Assembly: GCA_050251875.1 (NCBI GenBank) | Contig: JBFWMA010000002.1 | Location: forward strand, 406,606-470,605 | Direction of reading: 5' to 3' | From: Deferribacterales bacterium | GTDB taxonomy: Bacteria > Chrysiogenota > Deferribacteres > Deferribacterales > Geovibrionaceae | DNA: 64,000 bases | Shown here: in pieces, positions 27,173 to 37,525 of the stretch | Numbering within the stretch: the stretch's first letter is position 1 | Layout of the letters: each line of letters begins with the position of its first letter | Program-made: the position numbers and the translations under genes | Notes under the pieces: generated by a model | Seen by the model: only the letters and a program-made list of their open reading frames with translations | What the model was told of the DNA's origin: nothing | Databases searched by the model: none

Positions 27173-28083
27173 TTAAAATTTTTCCCCTGATAGAGTCCGT
27201 GCTCACTCATATATGCCTCCAGTCCGGCAGAAAAGGCGCTCTTGTTCTCCGGCCACATAGGGGCTATCAGCGTGTCTCCGGCGGCGTCTCCGACTATTCT
27301 GGCAACGACCATATCCGGAGCGAGATAAGTAATCGCTTCCGCCAGCACAGAGGTATAATCCATCTCGCTCAGAAGCATTATTTTACCCGCCAAATACATC
27401 TCGGACATCTGTGTTCCCTTCACTATATGAAGGTGGTGGAATTTCACCGAATGAACGCCGAGCTCACTGCACAGCTTAACAGAGTTTAGCATATCTTCTC
27501 TGGTGTCGCCCGGAAGTCCGAATATGATATGGGCGCATGTTTTTATGCCGAATCTGTGAGTCATCCGGACGGCGTTCACAAACTCGTCTTTGGTGTGTCC
27601 TCTGTTGATTATCTTCAGAGTGCTGTCGTTGGCGGACTGAAGCCCGTATTCCAGCATCACGTCATATTTTTTATTCAGCTCGGCAAAATACGCCAGCTTC
27701 TCTTCGTCTATTACATCGGGTCTGGTGCCGATGTACACGGCGACTATCCCGTCATCTATCAGAGCCGCCTCAACCCTTTTTCTGATGGTCTCCAGATCGG
27801 AATAGGTGTTGGAATATGACTGAAAATATATGATGAATTTTTCTATCCCTTTTGACCTCAGTTTTGAAATCTGCGAAATAGCCTGTTCCCTGATGCCGTT
27901 TTCAGCTTTCTGAGTAAAAGAGTCCACGTTGCAGTAGATGCATCCGCCAACTCCCTTATTCCCGTCACGGTTTGGACATGTAAAACCAGCGTCTATGGAT
28001 ACTTTGCGCACCTTAGCGTTATATTGATTTTTAAGATAACTGTTAAGCGAATTATAAAAGCCTGTGGCTGCGTTATTTTTCAT
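27169..28083 (-). CDS. Radical SAM protein, TIGR01212/YhcC family
   Basis: AGFTCPNRDG..G.GGCIYC, YFQSYSNTY, GTRPD. Confidence 0.92.
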   Translation of the reverse strand: MKNNAATGFYNSLNSYLKNQYNAKVRKVSIDAGFTCPNRDGNKGVGGCIYCNVDSFTQKAENGIREQAISQISKLRSKGIEKFIIYFQSYSNTYSDLETIRKRVEAALIDDGIVAVYIGTRPDVIDEEKLAYFAELNKKYDVMLEYGLQSANDSTLKIINRGHTKDEFVNAVRMTHRFGIKTCAHIIFGLPGDTREDMLNSVKLCSELGVHSVKFHHLHIVKGTQMSEMYLAGKIMLLSEMDYTSVLAEAITYLAPDMVVARIVGDAAGDTLIAPMWPENKSAFSAGLEAYMSEHGLYQGKNFK

Positions 28084-28180
28084 AAATATTCTTCTTTACT
28101 TTTTATTAGGAGACTATATATAACATACTATCATTAATGATAGTATCTGTTAATATAATATGCACACCCGTGGAGAAATA

Positions 28181-29899
28181 ATGCCTGCGTCTTATTCTAT
28201 TGTTACATTTATTTTCTTTCTTTTGGCAGTACAAATTATCTCTTCTGCCGCTTTCACGATCTATTACCTGAGACAAAAGAACAAGAACGCTGACTCAGCC
28301 AAAAAACTCGCAGCGGCAAATGTTAAGATTCAACAATATCTTAACGCTGTCGATGCCTCCAACATGATGTGCATATCATCCTCTGACGGAATAATGAAAT
28401 ATATAAACAAATCATATCTGGACGTGGTGGGCTTCAGCTTTGACGAAATAGTCGGCAACAGATTCGAGACTCTGGCGCACCCCGACACAGACATGGGCGT
28501 TTATGAAAAACTTTTCGAAACTCTACAGCAGGGCAACATATGGTCCGGAACCATGCTGAACAAAACCAAGAAAGGCGGAACCGTCTATCTGGAAACCTCA
28601 GTGGTGCCTATCAAGGATGAAAACGGCAAGGTCATAGAATATCTCTCCATCAGAAAAGACATCACTCCGCTGATAAACCAGCAGGATCAAATCAAAAAAC
28701 AATATACCGACCCGCTCACAGGATTTCCCAACAGAACCAAAATGAGACGTGATCTCGAAGAGATAGAAAATCCGGCGCTCGCCATAATAAACATAGACGG
28801 ATTCAGCACCATCAACGCCTATTACGGTCTGGAAACAGGTGACGAGGTGCTGGTAAAATTCGCTAACCTTGTCCGCTCAAAAATCCCGAACACCATGACA
28901 ACATACCGTCTGAGCGGCGATGAGTTCGCCATAGTCGCCGGATCCGTAACGGATATAGATGATTTCAACCAGTTCATGAGAAACATGCTCCACGAGATTA
29001 CAGAAACCACCTTCTTCAGCCATGATAATGAAATGATGCTGAACCTCACAGCCGGAACGGCTATCGGCGGAGATAATCTTCTCATCAAGGCGGGAATGGC
29101 TATCAAACACGCCAGGCTGAACAAAAAGAACCTCATGACCTATTCCGATGTTCAGATATTCACCGAAAAGCTGAAAGACACGGTTCAGTATTCCACAGCC
29201 CTCAGAACAGCCGTGAAAGAGAGCAGAGTCGTCCCCCACTTCCAGCCCATAGCGGACGCTAAAAAAGGCACAGTGTATAAATATGAGGCTCTCATGCGTA
29301 TTCAGGACGACAAGGGCGGTTTTCTGCCTCCACTTTGCTTTTTGGAGCTTTCCAAACAGCTTAAACTTTATAACGGACTGTCATCCCTCATGGTGCAGAA
29401 ATCCATAGAAAAGATAATAGACAACGACATTCACATCACCATCAACTTCGACAAAGAGGACGTGGTGAGTAAAAAGATACACAACATACTCTTCACCCTC
29501 ATCCGTAAGCACAACCTTCAGGGCAGAATCACCATAGAGATCACCGAATCCGAAGGAATGGACAACCTCAGCGAGCTGGCGGCGTTTATCAGCAGCGCCA
29601 AAAACGAGGGATGCCTGATAGCCATAGACGACTTCGGCACCGGCTATTCGAACTTCATGTATATACTCTCCCTCCAGCCGGATTATCTGAAAATAGACGG
29701 ATCCATCACCCGCCAGATACTGGAATCATCCCGTGCGAGACTGCTCACAGAGACCATCGTCTCCATGTGCAGACGGGCGAATATAAAAACCATAGCGGAG
29801 TTTGTATCATCAGAAGAGATATATCAGGCGGTGAAAGAGATAGGCGTGGACTATGTTCAGGGCTATCATTTCGGAAAACCTGAACAGCATTTTCAATAA
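28181..29899 (+). CDS. TM-PAS-GGDEF-EAL c-di-GMP signalling protein
   Basis: PAS/PAC, TDPLTG.PNR, SGDEF, YEALMR, DDFGTGYS. Confidence 0.92.
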   Translation: MPASYSIVTFIFFLLAVQIISSAAFTIYYLRQKNKNADSAKKLAAANVKIQQYLNAVDASNMMCISSSDGIMKYINKSYLDVVGFSFDEIVGNRFETLAHPDTDMGVYEKLFETLQQGNIWSGTMLNKTKKGGTVYLETSVVPIKDENGKVIEYLSIRKDITPLINQQDQIKKQYTDPLTGFPNRTKMRRDLEEIENPALAIINIDGFSTINAYYGLETGDEVLVKFANLVRSKIPNTMTTYRLSGDEFAIVAGSVTDIDDFNQFMRNMLHEITETTFFSHDNEMMLNLTAGTAIGGDNLLIKAGMAIKHARLNKKNLMTYSDVQIFTEKLKDTVQYSTALRTAVKESRVVPHFQPIADAKKGTVYKYEALMRIQDDKGGFLPPLCFLELSKQLKLYNGLSSLMVQKSIEKIIDNDIHITINFDKEDVVSKKIHNILFTLIRKHNLQGRITIEITESEGMDNLSELAAFISSAKNEGCLIAIDDFGTGYSNFMYILSLQPDYLKIDGSITRQILESSRARLLTETIVSMCRRANIKTIAEFVSSEEIYQAVKEIGVDYVQGYHFGKPEQHFQ

Positions 29900-29982
29900 T
29901 TTCAATTAAAACGCTTCCTTTTCTTGTATTTCTCAGCCGGATGATTTAAATTATTTTCACATACCACTAAACGAGGATTGTC

Positions 29983-30165
29983 ATGATAAAAAAAGAACTT
30001 CTCGATGTTCTCGCATGCCCTAAATGCAAAGGCGCCGTAAGAGTCTCAAAGAACGAGGAGTACATAGTCTGCGATTCGTGCAGACTGCTGTACGAGATCA
30101 GAGAAGACATTCCTGTGATGCTGATGGATGAGGCAAAACAGGTAGAAGACACCAGCGGATACTAA
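29983..30165 (+). CDS. Trm112 family protein
   Basis: LLDVLACPKCK...C..C...Y.I...IPVML.DEA. Confidence 0.92.
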   Translation: MIKKELLDVLACPKCKGAVRVSKNEEYIVCDSCRLLYEIREDIPVMLMDEAKQVEDTSGY

Positions 30166-30168
30166 GAT

Positions 30169-31689
30169 ATGGAAATCCTATCATCTGCCCAGATGTCGGC
30201 AGCGGATGCCTATACCATAAACGAGCTGGGGATTCCCTCCGCCGTGCTGATGGAGAACGCCGCCTCGTCTTTCGTTTCTCACCTTTTGGAAAAATATCCG
30301 GACATCTCGTCCGCCGCTGTGGCGGTGGGAGCAGGAAACAACGGCGGTGACGGACTGGCTGTCGCCCGTCTGCTGGACAACGCAGGCATACACACCGACA
30401 TTTACCTCGCCTGCCCAGCGGAAAAGCTGAAAGGCGATGCCCTTATCAATTTCAATATACTCACAAAATATCCCGTAAATATCTTCACCGTGGAAGAGGA
30501 CGACATCCCCGTGTTCGATAATTACGACATCACCATAGACGCTCTCTTCGGCACAGGGCTTTCACGCCCCCTCACCGGATTTTACGAAGAGCTGGTAAAC
30601 AGCATAAACCTGACCTCAGCGCTCATAGCCTCTGTTGATATCCCCAGCGGTCTCTCCGGCGACACATGGGAGATAATCGGAACATGCGTGGACGCTGATC
30701 TGACAGTCACATTCGGCAGACCGAAATATCCCCACATAATGTTCCCCGCCAGAAAAATGTGCGGAGAAGTGGCTGTGGCGGACATCTCCATACCGGACTT
30801 TGCCGTGGACACAGTGGGTTGCGATACTTTTCTCCTCACTCCGGACAGTCTCCCTCTGATGACAGAGAGAGAGCCCGACAGCCACAAAGGACACTTCGGA
30901 CACGCCGTGATAATAGGCGGCAGCGAAGGAAAATCCGGAGCGGCTTTCATGGCTTCCATGTCCTGCGCCAGAACAGGCGCCGGGCTCACCACTCTGGCTG
31001 TTCCCGGCGGGCTGATATCCGCCGCCGAATCCGTTAACCCGGAGATAATGTCTGTCGCCGTGGGTACTGGCACGTCTTTTGACATGTCCGACACTGACAA
31101 AATATTATCATTTCTGAAAGGAAAGACAGCAGCCGCCATAGGCATGGGGCTCGGCACAGACGAACAGACCGGTCTGTTTCTGAACTATCTGATAAAAAAC
31201 ACCAACATACCCGTTGTAATAGACGCTGACGGAATCAATCTGCTCAGCAGAGACATGCTGCCCATGCTGAAAGGCAGAGGGATTATCACTCCTCACATAG
31301 GCGAGTTCGCCCGCCTGATGGACACAGACACAGCGGATGTGATGAAAAACCGTATGGAACTCGCCAGATGTATGGCAGTGCAGTACGGTATCATAGTGGT
31401 GCAGAAAAGCGCCGACACCGTGATAGCCCTTCCCAACGGACGGATATTCATAGACATCTCAGGCACGCCCGCCCTGTCGAAAGGCGGCAGCGGAGACTGT
31501 CTGACAGGGATAATCACAGGATTCATCTCTCAGGGATTCGATCTGGATTTCGCCTGCCTTCTCGGGTGCTATACCCTCGGCAGAACAGCGGAGATCGTCT
31601 CCGCAGAAATGAACGAGCGCTCTGTAATGACAACAGATATAATAAATAACATTCACAAGACATTAGATGAACTTGAAGAAAACAGTTAA
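30169..31689 (+). CDS. nnr: Bifunctional NAD(P)HX epimerase/dehydratase
   Basis: LMENA, GNNGGDG, DALFGTG, HKG.FG, TPH.GEF, GGSGD. Confidence 0.94.
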   Translation: MEILSSAQMSAADAYTINELGIPSAVLMENAASSFVSHLLEKYPDISSAAVAVGAGNNGGDGLAVARLLDNAGIHTDIYLACPAEKLKGDALINFNILTKYPVNIFTVEEDDIPVFDNYDITIDALFGTGLSRPLTGFYEELVNSINLTSALIASVDIPSGLSGDTWEIIGTCVDADLTVTFGRPKYPHIMFPARKMCGEVAVADISIPDFAVDTVGCDTFLLTPDSLPLMTEREPDSHKGHFGHAVIIGGSEGKSGAAFMASMSCARTGAGLTTLAVPGGLISAAESVNPEIMSVAVGTGTSFDMSDTDKILSFLKGKTAAAIGMGLGTDEQTGLFLNYLIKNTNIPVVIDADGINLLSRDMLPMLKGRGIITPHIGEFARLMDTDTADVMKNRMELARCMAVQYGIIVVQKSADTVIALPNGRIFIDISGTPALSKGGSGDCLTGIITGFISQGFDLDFACLLGCYTLGRTAEIVSAEMNERSVMTTDIINNIHKTLDELEENS

Positions 31690-32086
31690 GAGCGAGGAAG
31701 AGACAAGGGAGTTCGCCTTCGAAACGGCGGAAACGCTCAGAGGCAGTGTGGTTCTGATGAACGGCAATCTGGGCGCCGGAAAAACATTCTTCGTAAAATG
31801 CGTGGCAGAATATTTTGAATGCGGAGAGGTATCCAGCCCTACTTTCACCCTGCACCAGCGGTATGATGGGAAGATAACCATCAGACATTTCGACCTGTAC
31901 CGTCTGGAGAGCTTCGCCGAGCTGGAGAACATCGACTTTTTCGGTATTATAGAGAGCGGCGACACATGCTTTGTTGAATGGGCAGATAAATTTAATCTGC
32001 ATGATGAGCTTGAAAAATATATCGAAATCACTATAACTGTTATTAACAAAAACGAGCGTATTATTGAAATGGTGACAAAAGAATGA
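31667..32086 (+). CDS. tsaE: t6A biosynthesis ATPase
   Basis: GNLGAGKT, SSPTF, HFDLYRL, VEW. Confidence 0.95.
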   Translation: MNLKKTVKSEEETREFAFETAETLRGSVVLMNGNLGAGKTFFVKCVAEYFECGEVSSPTFTLHQRYDGKITIRHFDLYRLESFAELENIDFFGIIESGDTCFVEWADKFNLHDELEKYIEITITVINKNERIIEMVTKE

Positions 32087-32316
32087 TGAAACCCGAAATT
32101 TGCCCCTATTGCGGCGAGAGAAGGCTGGAAGAGCTTCAGCCCACAGAAATTATGGTAGATGAAATGCTCTGGACCATATACCACTATGAGTGCCAGTTCT
32201 GCACAGAGGTTTTTGACAAGATAATAACCGAAGGCGAGCTCCAGTACGACATAATGGCGGACGGCGAAGACTACGACATAAACGAGGATGACGGTGAAAA
32301 AAAATTCAGGAACTGA
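32083..32316 (+). CDS. Small acidic zinc-ribbon protein
   Basis: CPYC...CQFC with acidic tail; overlaps tsaE. Confidence 0.65.
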   Translation: MMKPEICPYCGERRLEELQPTEIMVDEMLWTIYHYECQFCTEVFDKIITEGELQYDIMADGEDYDINEDDGEKKFRN

Positions 32317-32566
32317 TCTCGTGGAAAGCATGACCGATGATGAAATGCAGAGAGTCATGCTCCTTAAGAGCGGACTGGAGGATCTCAATCTTGTCCTTCA
32401 GGAGATAGAGGATACATACCTGAAACTCGCCGAGGTGGGCATCACCGAGGCGGAGAAGAAAAATCAGCGACTCAGACTCTTTGCTCTGGAAAAATATCTG
32501 TCCGAGCTGAACACCAAGGTGAACACAGCGCTGGGCAGCGAAAGCGACAGACAAAAACTTTCTTAA
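32288..32566 (+). CDS. Hypothetical coiled-coil protein
   Basis: In-operon ORF between the Zn-ribbon gene and valS. Confidence 0.6.
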   Translation: MTVKKNSGTDLVESMTDDEMQRVMLLKSGLEDLNLVLQEIEDTYLKLAEVGITEAEKKNQRLRLFALEKYLSELNTKVNTALGSESDRQKLS

Positions 32567-32589
32567 ATAATCACGGAGACTTAAGCCAC

Positions 32590-35205
32590 ATGCAGAAAGA
32601 ATATCCCACCCGAATAAATCCCGCGGATTTTGAATCTGAGCTATATAAAGAATGGACAGAGGCGAAGTATTTTCACGCTGACGAACACAGCAAAAAATCG
32701 CCCTATTCCATAGTCATCCCGCCCCCCAACGTCACCGGATCACTCCACATGGGACACGCCCTGAACAACACATTACAGGATATTATGATCCGCTTTCACA
32801 AGCTGAACGGATATGAAACCCTCTGGATGCCCGGCACAGACCATGCTGGTATAGCAACTCAGAACGTGGTGGAAAAACTGCTCGCCTCCGAAGGCACCAG
32901 CCGTCATGATCTCGGACGTGAAAAATTCATCGAAAGAGTGTGGCAGTGGAAAGAACAGTCCGGCGGAACCATCATCAACCAGCTGAAAAGGCTGGGATGC
33001 GCCTGCGACTGGGACAGAGAGCGCTTCACCATGGACGAGGGACTGAGCCGTGCCGTGCGCAAGGTTTTCGTGTCTCTGTATAAAGAAGGACTCATCTACC
33101 GCTCCGACTATATAGTTAACTGGTGTCCCAGATGCCATACAGCCCTGTCTGATCTCGAAGTGGAGCACGAAGAGATAGACGGCGCTTTTTACCACATCCA
33201 TTACCCCGTGAAGGGAACAGATATAAAACTGGAAGTAGCGACCACTCGTCCCGAAACAATGCTGGGCGATACAGCCGTTGCCGTTAACCCCGCTGACGAG
33301 CGCTATTCCCACCTGATAGGCAAAACAGTCATTCTGCCCATACTCAACCGTGAGATTCCCATCATCGGCGATGAATACGTTGATATGGATTTCGGAACAG
33401 GCTGTCTGAAGGTGACTCCCGCCCACGACCCCAACGACTTCCTGCTGGGGATCAAGCACGGTCTGGAGAACATCAGCATGATGGACGAAAACGCCGTGGT
33501 AAACGAGAACGGCGGAGAGTTCAAAGGTCTGGACAGGTTCGAAGCCAGAAAAGCCGTTGTGACAAAGCTCGCCGAGCTCGGTCTCTTCGTGGCGAAAAAG
33601 ACTCACCAGCACAAGGTAGGTCACTGCTACAGATGCAAAACCGTCATCGAGCCCAGAATCAGCCTCCAGTGGTTTCTGAAGATAAAAGGCATGTCAGATG
33701 AGGCGGTGAAAGCCGTTGAGTCCGGACAGATAGTTATAAAACCCGAAACATGGCACAAAACATTCTATAACTGGATGAACGACATCCGTGACTGGTGCAT
33801 CAGCCGTCAGATATGGTGGGGACACAGAATCCCCGCATGGTACTGCAAATGCGGCGAGATCATCGTTGAGGAGGAGACTCCTGAAAAATGCCCCAGATGC
33901 GGCGGCACGCACCTTGAGCAGGAGACAGACGTTCTGGACACTTGGTTCTCATCCGGTCTGTGGCCTTTCACCACACAGGGATGGCCCGAGAACACAGCCA
34001 CACTGCAAAAATTCTATCCCACATCAACACTGATTACAGGATTCGACATCCTCTTCTTCTGGGTCGCCAGAATGATGATGTTCGGTCTGAAATTCATGGA
34101 TAAAGAACCCTTTAAGGAAGTTTATCTCCACGCCCTCATCCGCGACAAAGACGGGCAGAAGATGAGCAAATCCAAAGGCAACGTCATAGACCCCCTGACA
34201 ATGGTGGACAAATACGGCGCTGACGCTTTCCGCTTCACCCTCGCCGCCTTCGCCGCTCAGGGCAGAGACATCAAGCTGGACGAGGCGAGAATCGACGGCT
34301 ACCGCAACTTCGTAAACAAAATATGGAACGCCTCACGTTTCATCCTGACAGGATACAACGGACAGAAACTCAGCTCTGAGACAAAGCTCGCTCTGGAGGA
34401 CAAATGGATACTCCAGAACTTGAAAGACACAGAGGAGAAAGTCAGCAAAGCAATCAAAAACTATGACTTCAACGAAGCGGCTCTGGCTGTCTATCATTTC
34501 TTCTGGCATAAATTCTGCGACTGGTACATAGAGCTTATCAAACCCAGAATCTATGATGACGCTAAAAAAGATGACGCATACGCAGTGGCTTCATACGTCA
34601 TCGAAAAATCGCTGATTCTGATGCACCCGTTCATGCCGTTCGTCACAGAATATATCTACAGACTGGTAACGGAAAAAGAATCCATCATGCTCGCCGAGTG
34701 GGAAAAATTCGGCTTCTCATACGATGAGGAGATGGTGGAGATGGAAGAAATAGTCGAGCTGATCAGCCTTATCAGAAACATCAGAGGCGAATACAACGTC
34801 TCCATGTCTAAACAGCTCACAGCCTATTTTAAAACAGACAAGGAGGTCACCAAGACCGCCTTCACCAAACATAAAGAACTGGTAAAAAATCTGGCGAGGC
34901 TGGAGACTCTGGAGATGACAGAGACAGCGCCCGAAAAATGCTCCGCCAACATAGCCCCCGGATTCGAGGTTTACGTTTCTCTGGAGGGGCTTGTGGACTT
35001 TCAGGCGGAGATAGCCAAGCTGGAAAAAGAACAGGTAAAACTGGAAAAAGACTACAATATCTTCGGCGGCAAACTGAAAAACGATAACTATCTCAAAAAC
35101 GCCCGCCCCGAAGTTATAGAGAAAGATAAAGAGAAATTCGCTGAAATATGCGATAAGCTGGACAAGGTAAAAGAAACCATCGGGAGGCTTAAAGAGTCAT
35201 GCTGA
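32590..35205 (+). CDS. valS: Valine-tRNA ligase
   Basis: PPPNVTGSLHMGH, KMSKS, C-terminal coiled coil. Confidence 0.98.
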   Translation: MQKEYPTRINPADFESELYKEWTEAKYFHADEHSKKSPYSIVIPPPNVTGSLHMGHALNNTLQDIMIRFHKLNGYETLWMPGTDHAGIATQNVVEKLLASEGTSRHDLGREKFIERVWQWKEQSGGTIINQLKRLGCACDWDRERFTMDEGLSRAVRKVFVSLYKEGLIYRSDYIVNWCPRCHTALSDLEVEHEEIDGAFYHIHYPVKGTDIKLEVATTRPETMLGDTAVAVNPADERYSHLIGKTVILPILNREIPIIGDEYVDMDFGTGCLKVTPAHDPNDFLLGIKHGLENISMMDENAVVNENGGEFKGLDRFEARKAVVTKLAELGLFVAKKTHQHKVGHCYRCKTVIEPRISLQWFLKIKGMSDEAVKAVESGQIVIKPETWHKTFYNWMNDIRDWCISRQIWWGHRIPAWYCKCGEIIVEEETPEKCPRCGGTHLEQETDVLDTWFSSGLWPFTTQGWPENTATLQKFYPTSTLITGFDILFFWVARMMMFGLKFMDKEPFKEVYLHALIRDKDGQKMSKSKGNVIDPLTMVDKYGADAFRFTLAAFAAQGRDIKLDEARIDGYRNFVNKIWNASRFILTGYNGQKLSSETKLALEDKWILQNLKDTEEKVSKAIKNYDFNEAALAVYHFFWHKFCDWYIELIKPRIYDDAKKDDAYAVASYVIEKSLILMHPFMPFVTEYIYRLVTEKESIMLAEWEKFGFSYDEEMVEMEEIVELISLIRNIRGEYNVSMSKQLTAYFKTDKEVTKTAFTKHKELVKNLARLETLEMTETAPEKCSANIAPGFEVYVSLEGLVDFQAEIAKLEKEQVKLEKDYNIFGGKLKNDNYLKNARPEVIEKDKEKFAEICDKLDKVKETIGRLKESC

Positions 35206-36023
35206 GAGAAAAACTGGTTAAACTCGCCCTCGAAGAGGACATAGGCACAGGCGATCTCACCGCCAAGGCATTCCGCCACCACGACAGCATGAGCGTGTTC
35301 GCTTATCTGGCGAAGGAAGATTTCATCCTCTGCGGGACGAAAACAGCCAGAATAGTTTTCAGCGAGTTGAACGCCGGAATCGACACCATCTTTTATAAAC
35401 AGGACGGCGATCTGGTAAAAAAAGGCGATATTTTCGGCGAGGTCTCAGGACCCGTCTATTCCATTCTCTCCGGCGAGAGAACATCGCTTAACTTTCTCCA
35501 GAGGCTCTCAGGAATAGCCACCAACACCGCCAGCTATGTAAAAGAGCTGGAAGGCACCAATATCAAGATTCTGGACACCAGAAAAACCACCCCCGGCTGG
35601 CGTGTAATGGAAAAATACGCCGTGCTGATAGGCGGCGGACACAACCACCGCATGGGGCTCTTTGACGGTGTGATGCTGAAAGACAACCATATAGACGCAG
35701 CGGGCGGAATAACAGCCGCTGTGAAGCTGGTTCAGAAGAGCATCCCCAGCACAGTGAAGGTAGAGGTGGAGGTCAGAAACCTTAGCGAAGCCAAAGAAGC
35801 GGCTGAAGCGGGCGCCGATATCATCATGCTGGACAACTTCAGGCTGGAAGACATGCAGGCGGCGATAGACGTTATCGCCAAACGTGCCAAGATAGAGATA
35901 TCCGGCGGCGTTACGAAGGAGAAACTGAAAGAATTCCGCCATCTGGACATAGATTACATCTCTATAGGAGCGCTGACCCATCAGGCCGTCAGTGTTGACA
36001 TGAGTCTGAAAATCAGAAAATGA
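35199..36023 (+). CDS. nadC: Nicotinate-nucleotide diphosphorylase (carboxylating)
   Basis: LDTRKTTPG, NHRMGL.D..MLKDNH, IMLDN, GALTH. Confidence 0.96.
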   Translation: MLREKLVKLALEEDIGTGDLTAKAFRHHDSMSVFAYLAKEDFILCGTKTARIVFSELNAGIDTIFYKQDGDLVKKGDIFGEVSGPVYSILSGERTSLNFLQRLSGIATNTASYVKELEGTNIKILDTRKTTPGWRVMEKYAVLIGGGHNHRMGLFDGVMLKDNHIDAAGGITAAVKLVQKSIPSTVKVEVEVRNLSEAKEAAEAGADIIMLDNFRLEDMQAAIDVIAKRAKIEISGGVTKEKLKEFRHLDIDYISIGALTHQAVSVDMSLKIRK

Positions 36024-36565
36024 TACTCAGATTCAGAAGGCTTATAAACAAAAAAAGTCTGATCGTTTTTGTTATAACCGGTCTGCTCTTTCACATGCTT
36101 TTCAGAGCCAGATCGAACCCGGACGCCCTTCAGGCGGGAACACCCGCCCCGGACATAGCTCTGGAGTCTGTAGACGGGCAGAAATTCCGTTTAAGCGAGC
36201 TGGACGAACCTGTCATGCTGGCTTTTTTCAACACCCACACTTTTCTTTCCGGCGGTCTCTACACCAAATATTACCTTAACCGTATGCCCTATCTGAAAGG
36301 AATCGAGGATGCTGGCAGAGCAAAGCTCGTTGTGGTGCTGGACACAGAGCAAACAAAAAATATTATTAATAAAGAAACTTCATCAGGTAAATACAAAGTC
36401 CTTGAAAAAAGAGTATATTTGGGTAATATAGAACAGGCAGAGAAAGATTACGGAATATCCATTTGGCCGCATTTTTTTCTGATAGACAAAGAACACACTA
36501 TAATCTATGAAGCCAAAGTTCCTTCTGTGGAGCTTGTGGATGATTTGTTAGACAGGAGCAGATAA
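36020..36565 (+). CDS. Membrane-anchored TlpA/redoxin-fold protein without cysteines
   Basis: G.PAPD..L...DG...LS and YG...P..FLID motifs; no CxxC. Confidence 0.7.
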   Translation: MILRFRRLINKKSLIVFVITGLLFHMLFRARSNPDALQAGTPAPDIALESVDGQKFRLSELDEPVMLAFFNTHTFLSGGLYTKYYLNRMPYLKGIEDAGRAKLVVVLDTEQTKNIINKETSSGKYKVLEKRVYLGNIEQAEKDYGISIWPHFFLIDKEHTIIYEAKVPSVELVDDLLDRSR

Positions 36566-37521
36566 TGCAGGATTTTTTCAACGTACAGGACATCAAGGAC
36601 GAATACGATATAGTTATACTGGGCGCAGGTCCTGCCGGGCTCACAGCGGCTATGTACGCCGCCAGAGACAAACAGGATGTTCTGGTGCTGGAAAAACAGT
36701 TTCCCGGCGGTTTTGTCGCCATCACCGAATGGGTGGAAAACTACCCCGGATTCTTTGACGGCATAATGGGCGCTGACCTGTCTGAAAAATTCTATAACCA
36801 CGCGGTAAAATTCGGCGTTATGGTGCGCAACGGCAACTGTACCAAGATTGAAAATGACGGCAAATATAAAATAGTTCATGTGGAAAACAGACCTAACCCC
36901 ATCAAGGCGAAGGTCGTTATAGTCGGCTTCGGGTGCGAGCCCAAGAGGCTGGACGTTCCCGGCGAAAGCAGATTCTACGGCAGAGGCGTATCTTTCTGCG
37001 CCACATGCGACGGTTCATTCTATAAAGACAAAGTGGTGGCATGTATAGGCGGCGGCGAATCCGCCATCGAAGAAGGAGCGTATCTCACCAGATTCGCTTC
37101 AAAGGTGTACATGGTTCACCGCAGAGACGCTTTCAGAGCCTCTAAAACCGCTATGGAAAGAGCACAGGCAAATCCTAAGATAGAGTTCATCACCGACAGC
37201 GTGGTGGAATCTGTTAACGGTGAAATGAAGGTGTCAGACGTAACACTGAAAAACGTGAAAACCGGAGAAACCAGCAAACTGGTGGTGGACGGTATTTTCG
37301 TTTTCATCGGTCAGACAGCGAAAACCGATCTGGTAAAAGATCTGGTGGATACTGACGAATGGGGATTCATCATCGCTGACGAATCCACAAAAACATCAGC
37401 CCCCGGAATATATGTTGCCGGAGACGTGCGCACCAAAGAATTCAGACAGATAACCACCGCTGTTTCCGATGGTACAGTGGCGGCTAAAAATGCTGAAAAG
37501 TACATCAACGAAAACTTCTGA
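36565..37521 (+). CDS. trxB: Thioredoxin reductase
   Basis: GAGPAG, GVSFCATCDG, VHRRD.FRA, VAGD. Confidence 0.96.
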   Translation: MQDFFNVQDIKDEYDIVILGAGPAGLTAAMYAARDKQDVLVLEKQFPGGFVAITEWVENYPGFFDGIMGADLSEKFYNHAVKFGVMVRNGNCTKIENDGKYKIVHVENRPNPIKAKVVIVGFGCEPKRLDVPGESRFYGRGVSFCATCDGSFYKDKVVACIGGGESAIEEGAYLTRFASKVYMVHRRDAFRASKTAMERAQANPKIEFITDSVVESVNGEMKVSDVTLKNVKTGETSKLVVDGIFVFIGQTAKTDLVKDLVDTDEWGFIIADESTKTSAPGIYVAGDVRTKEFRQITTAVSDGTVAAKNAEKYINENF

Positions 37522-37525
37522 TAAT

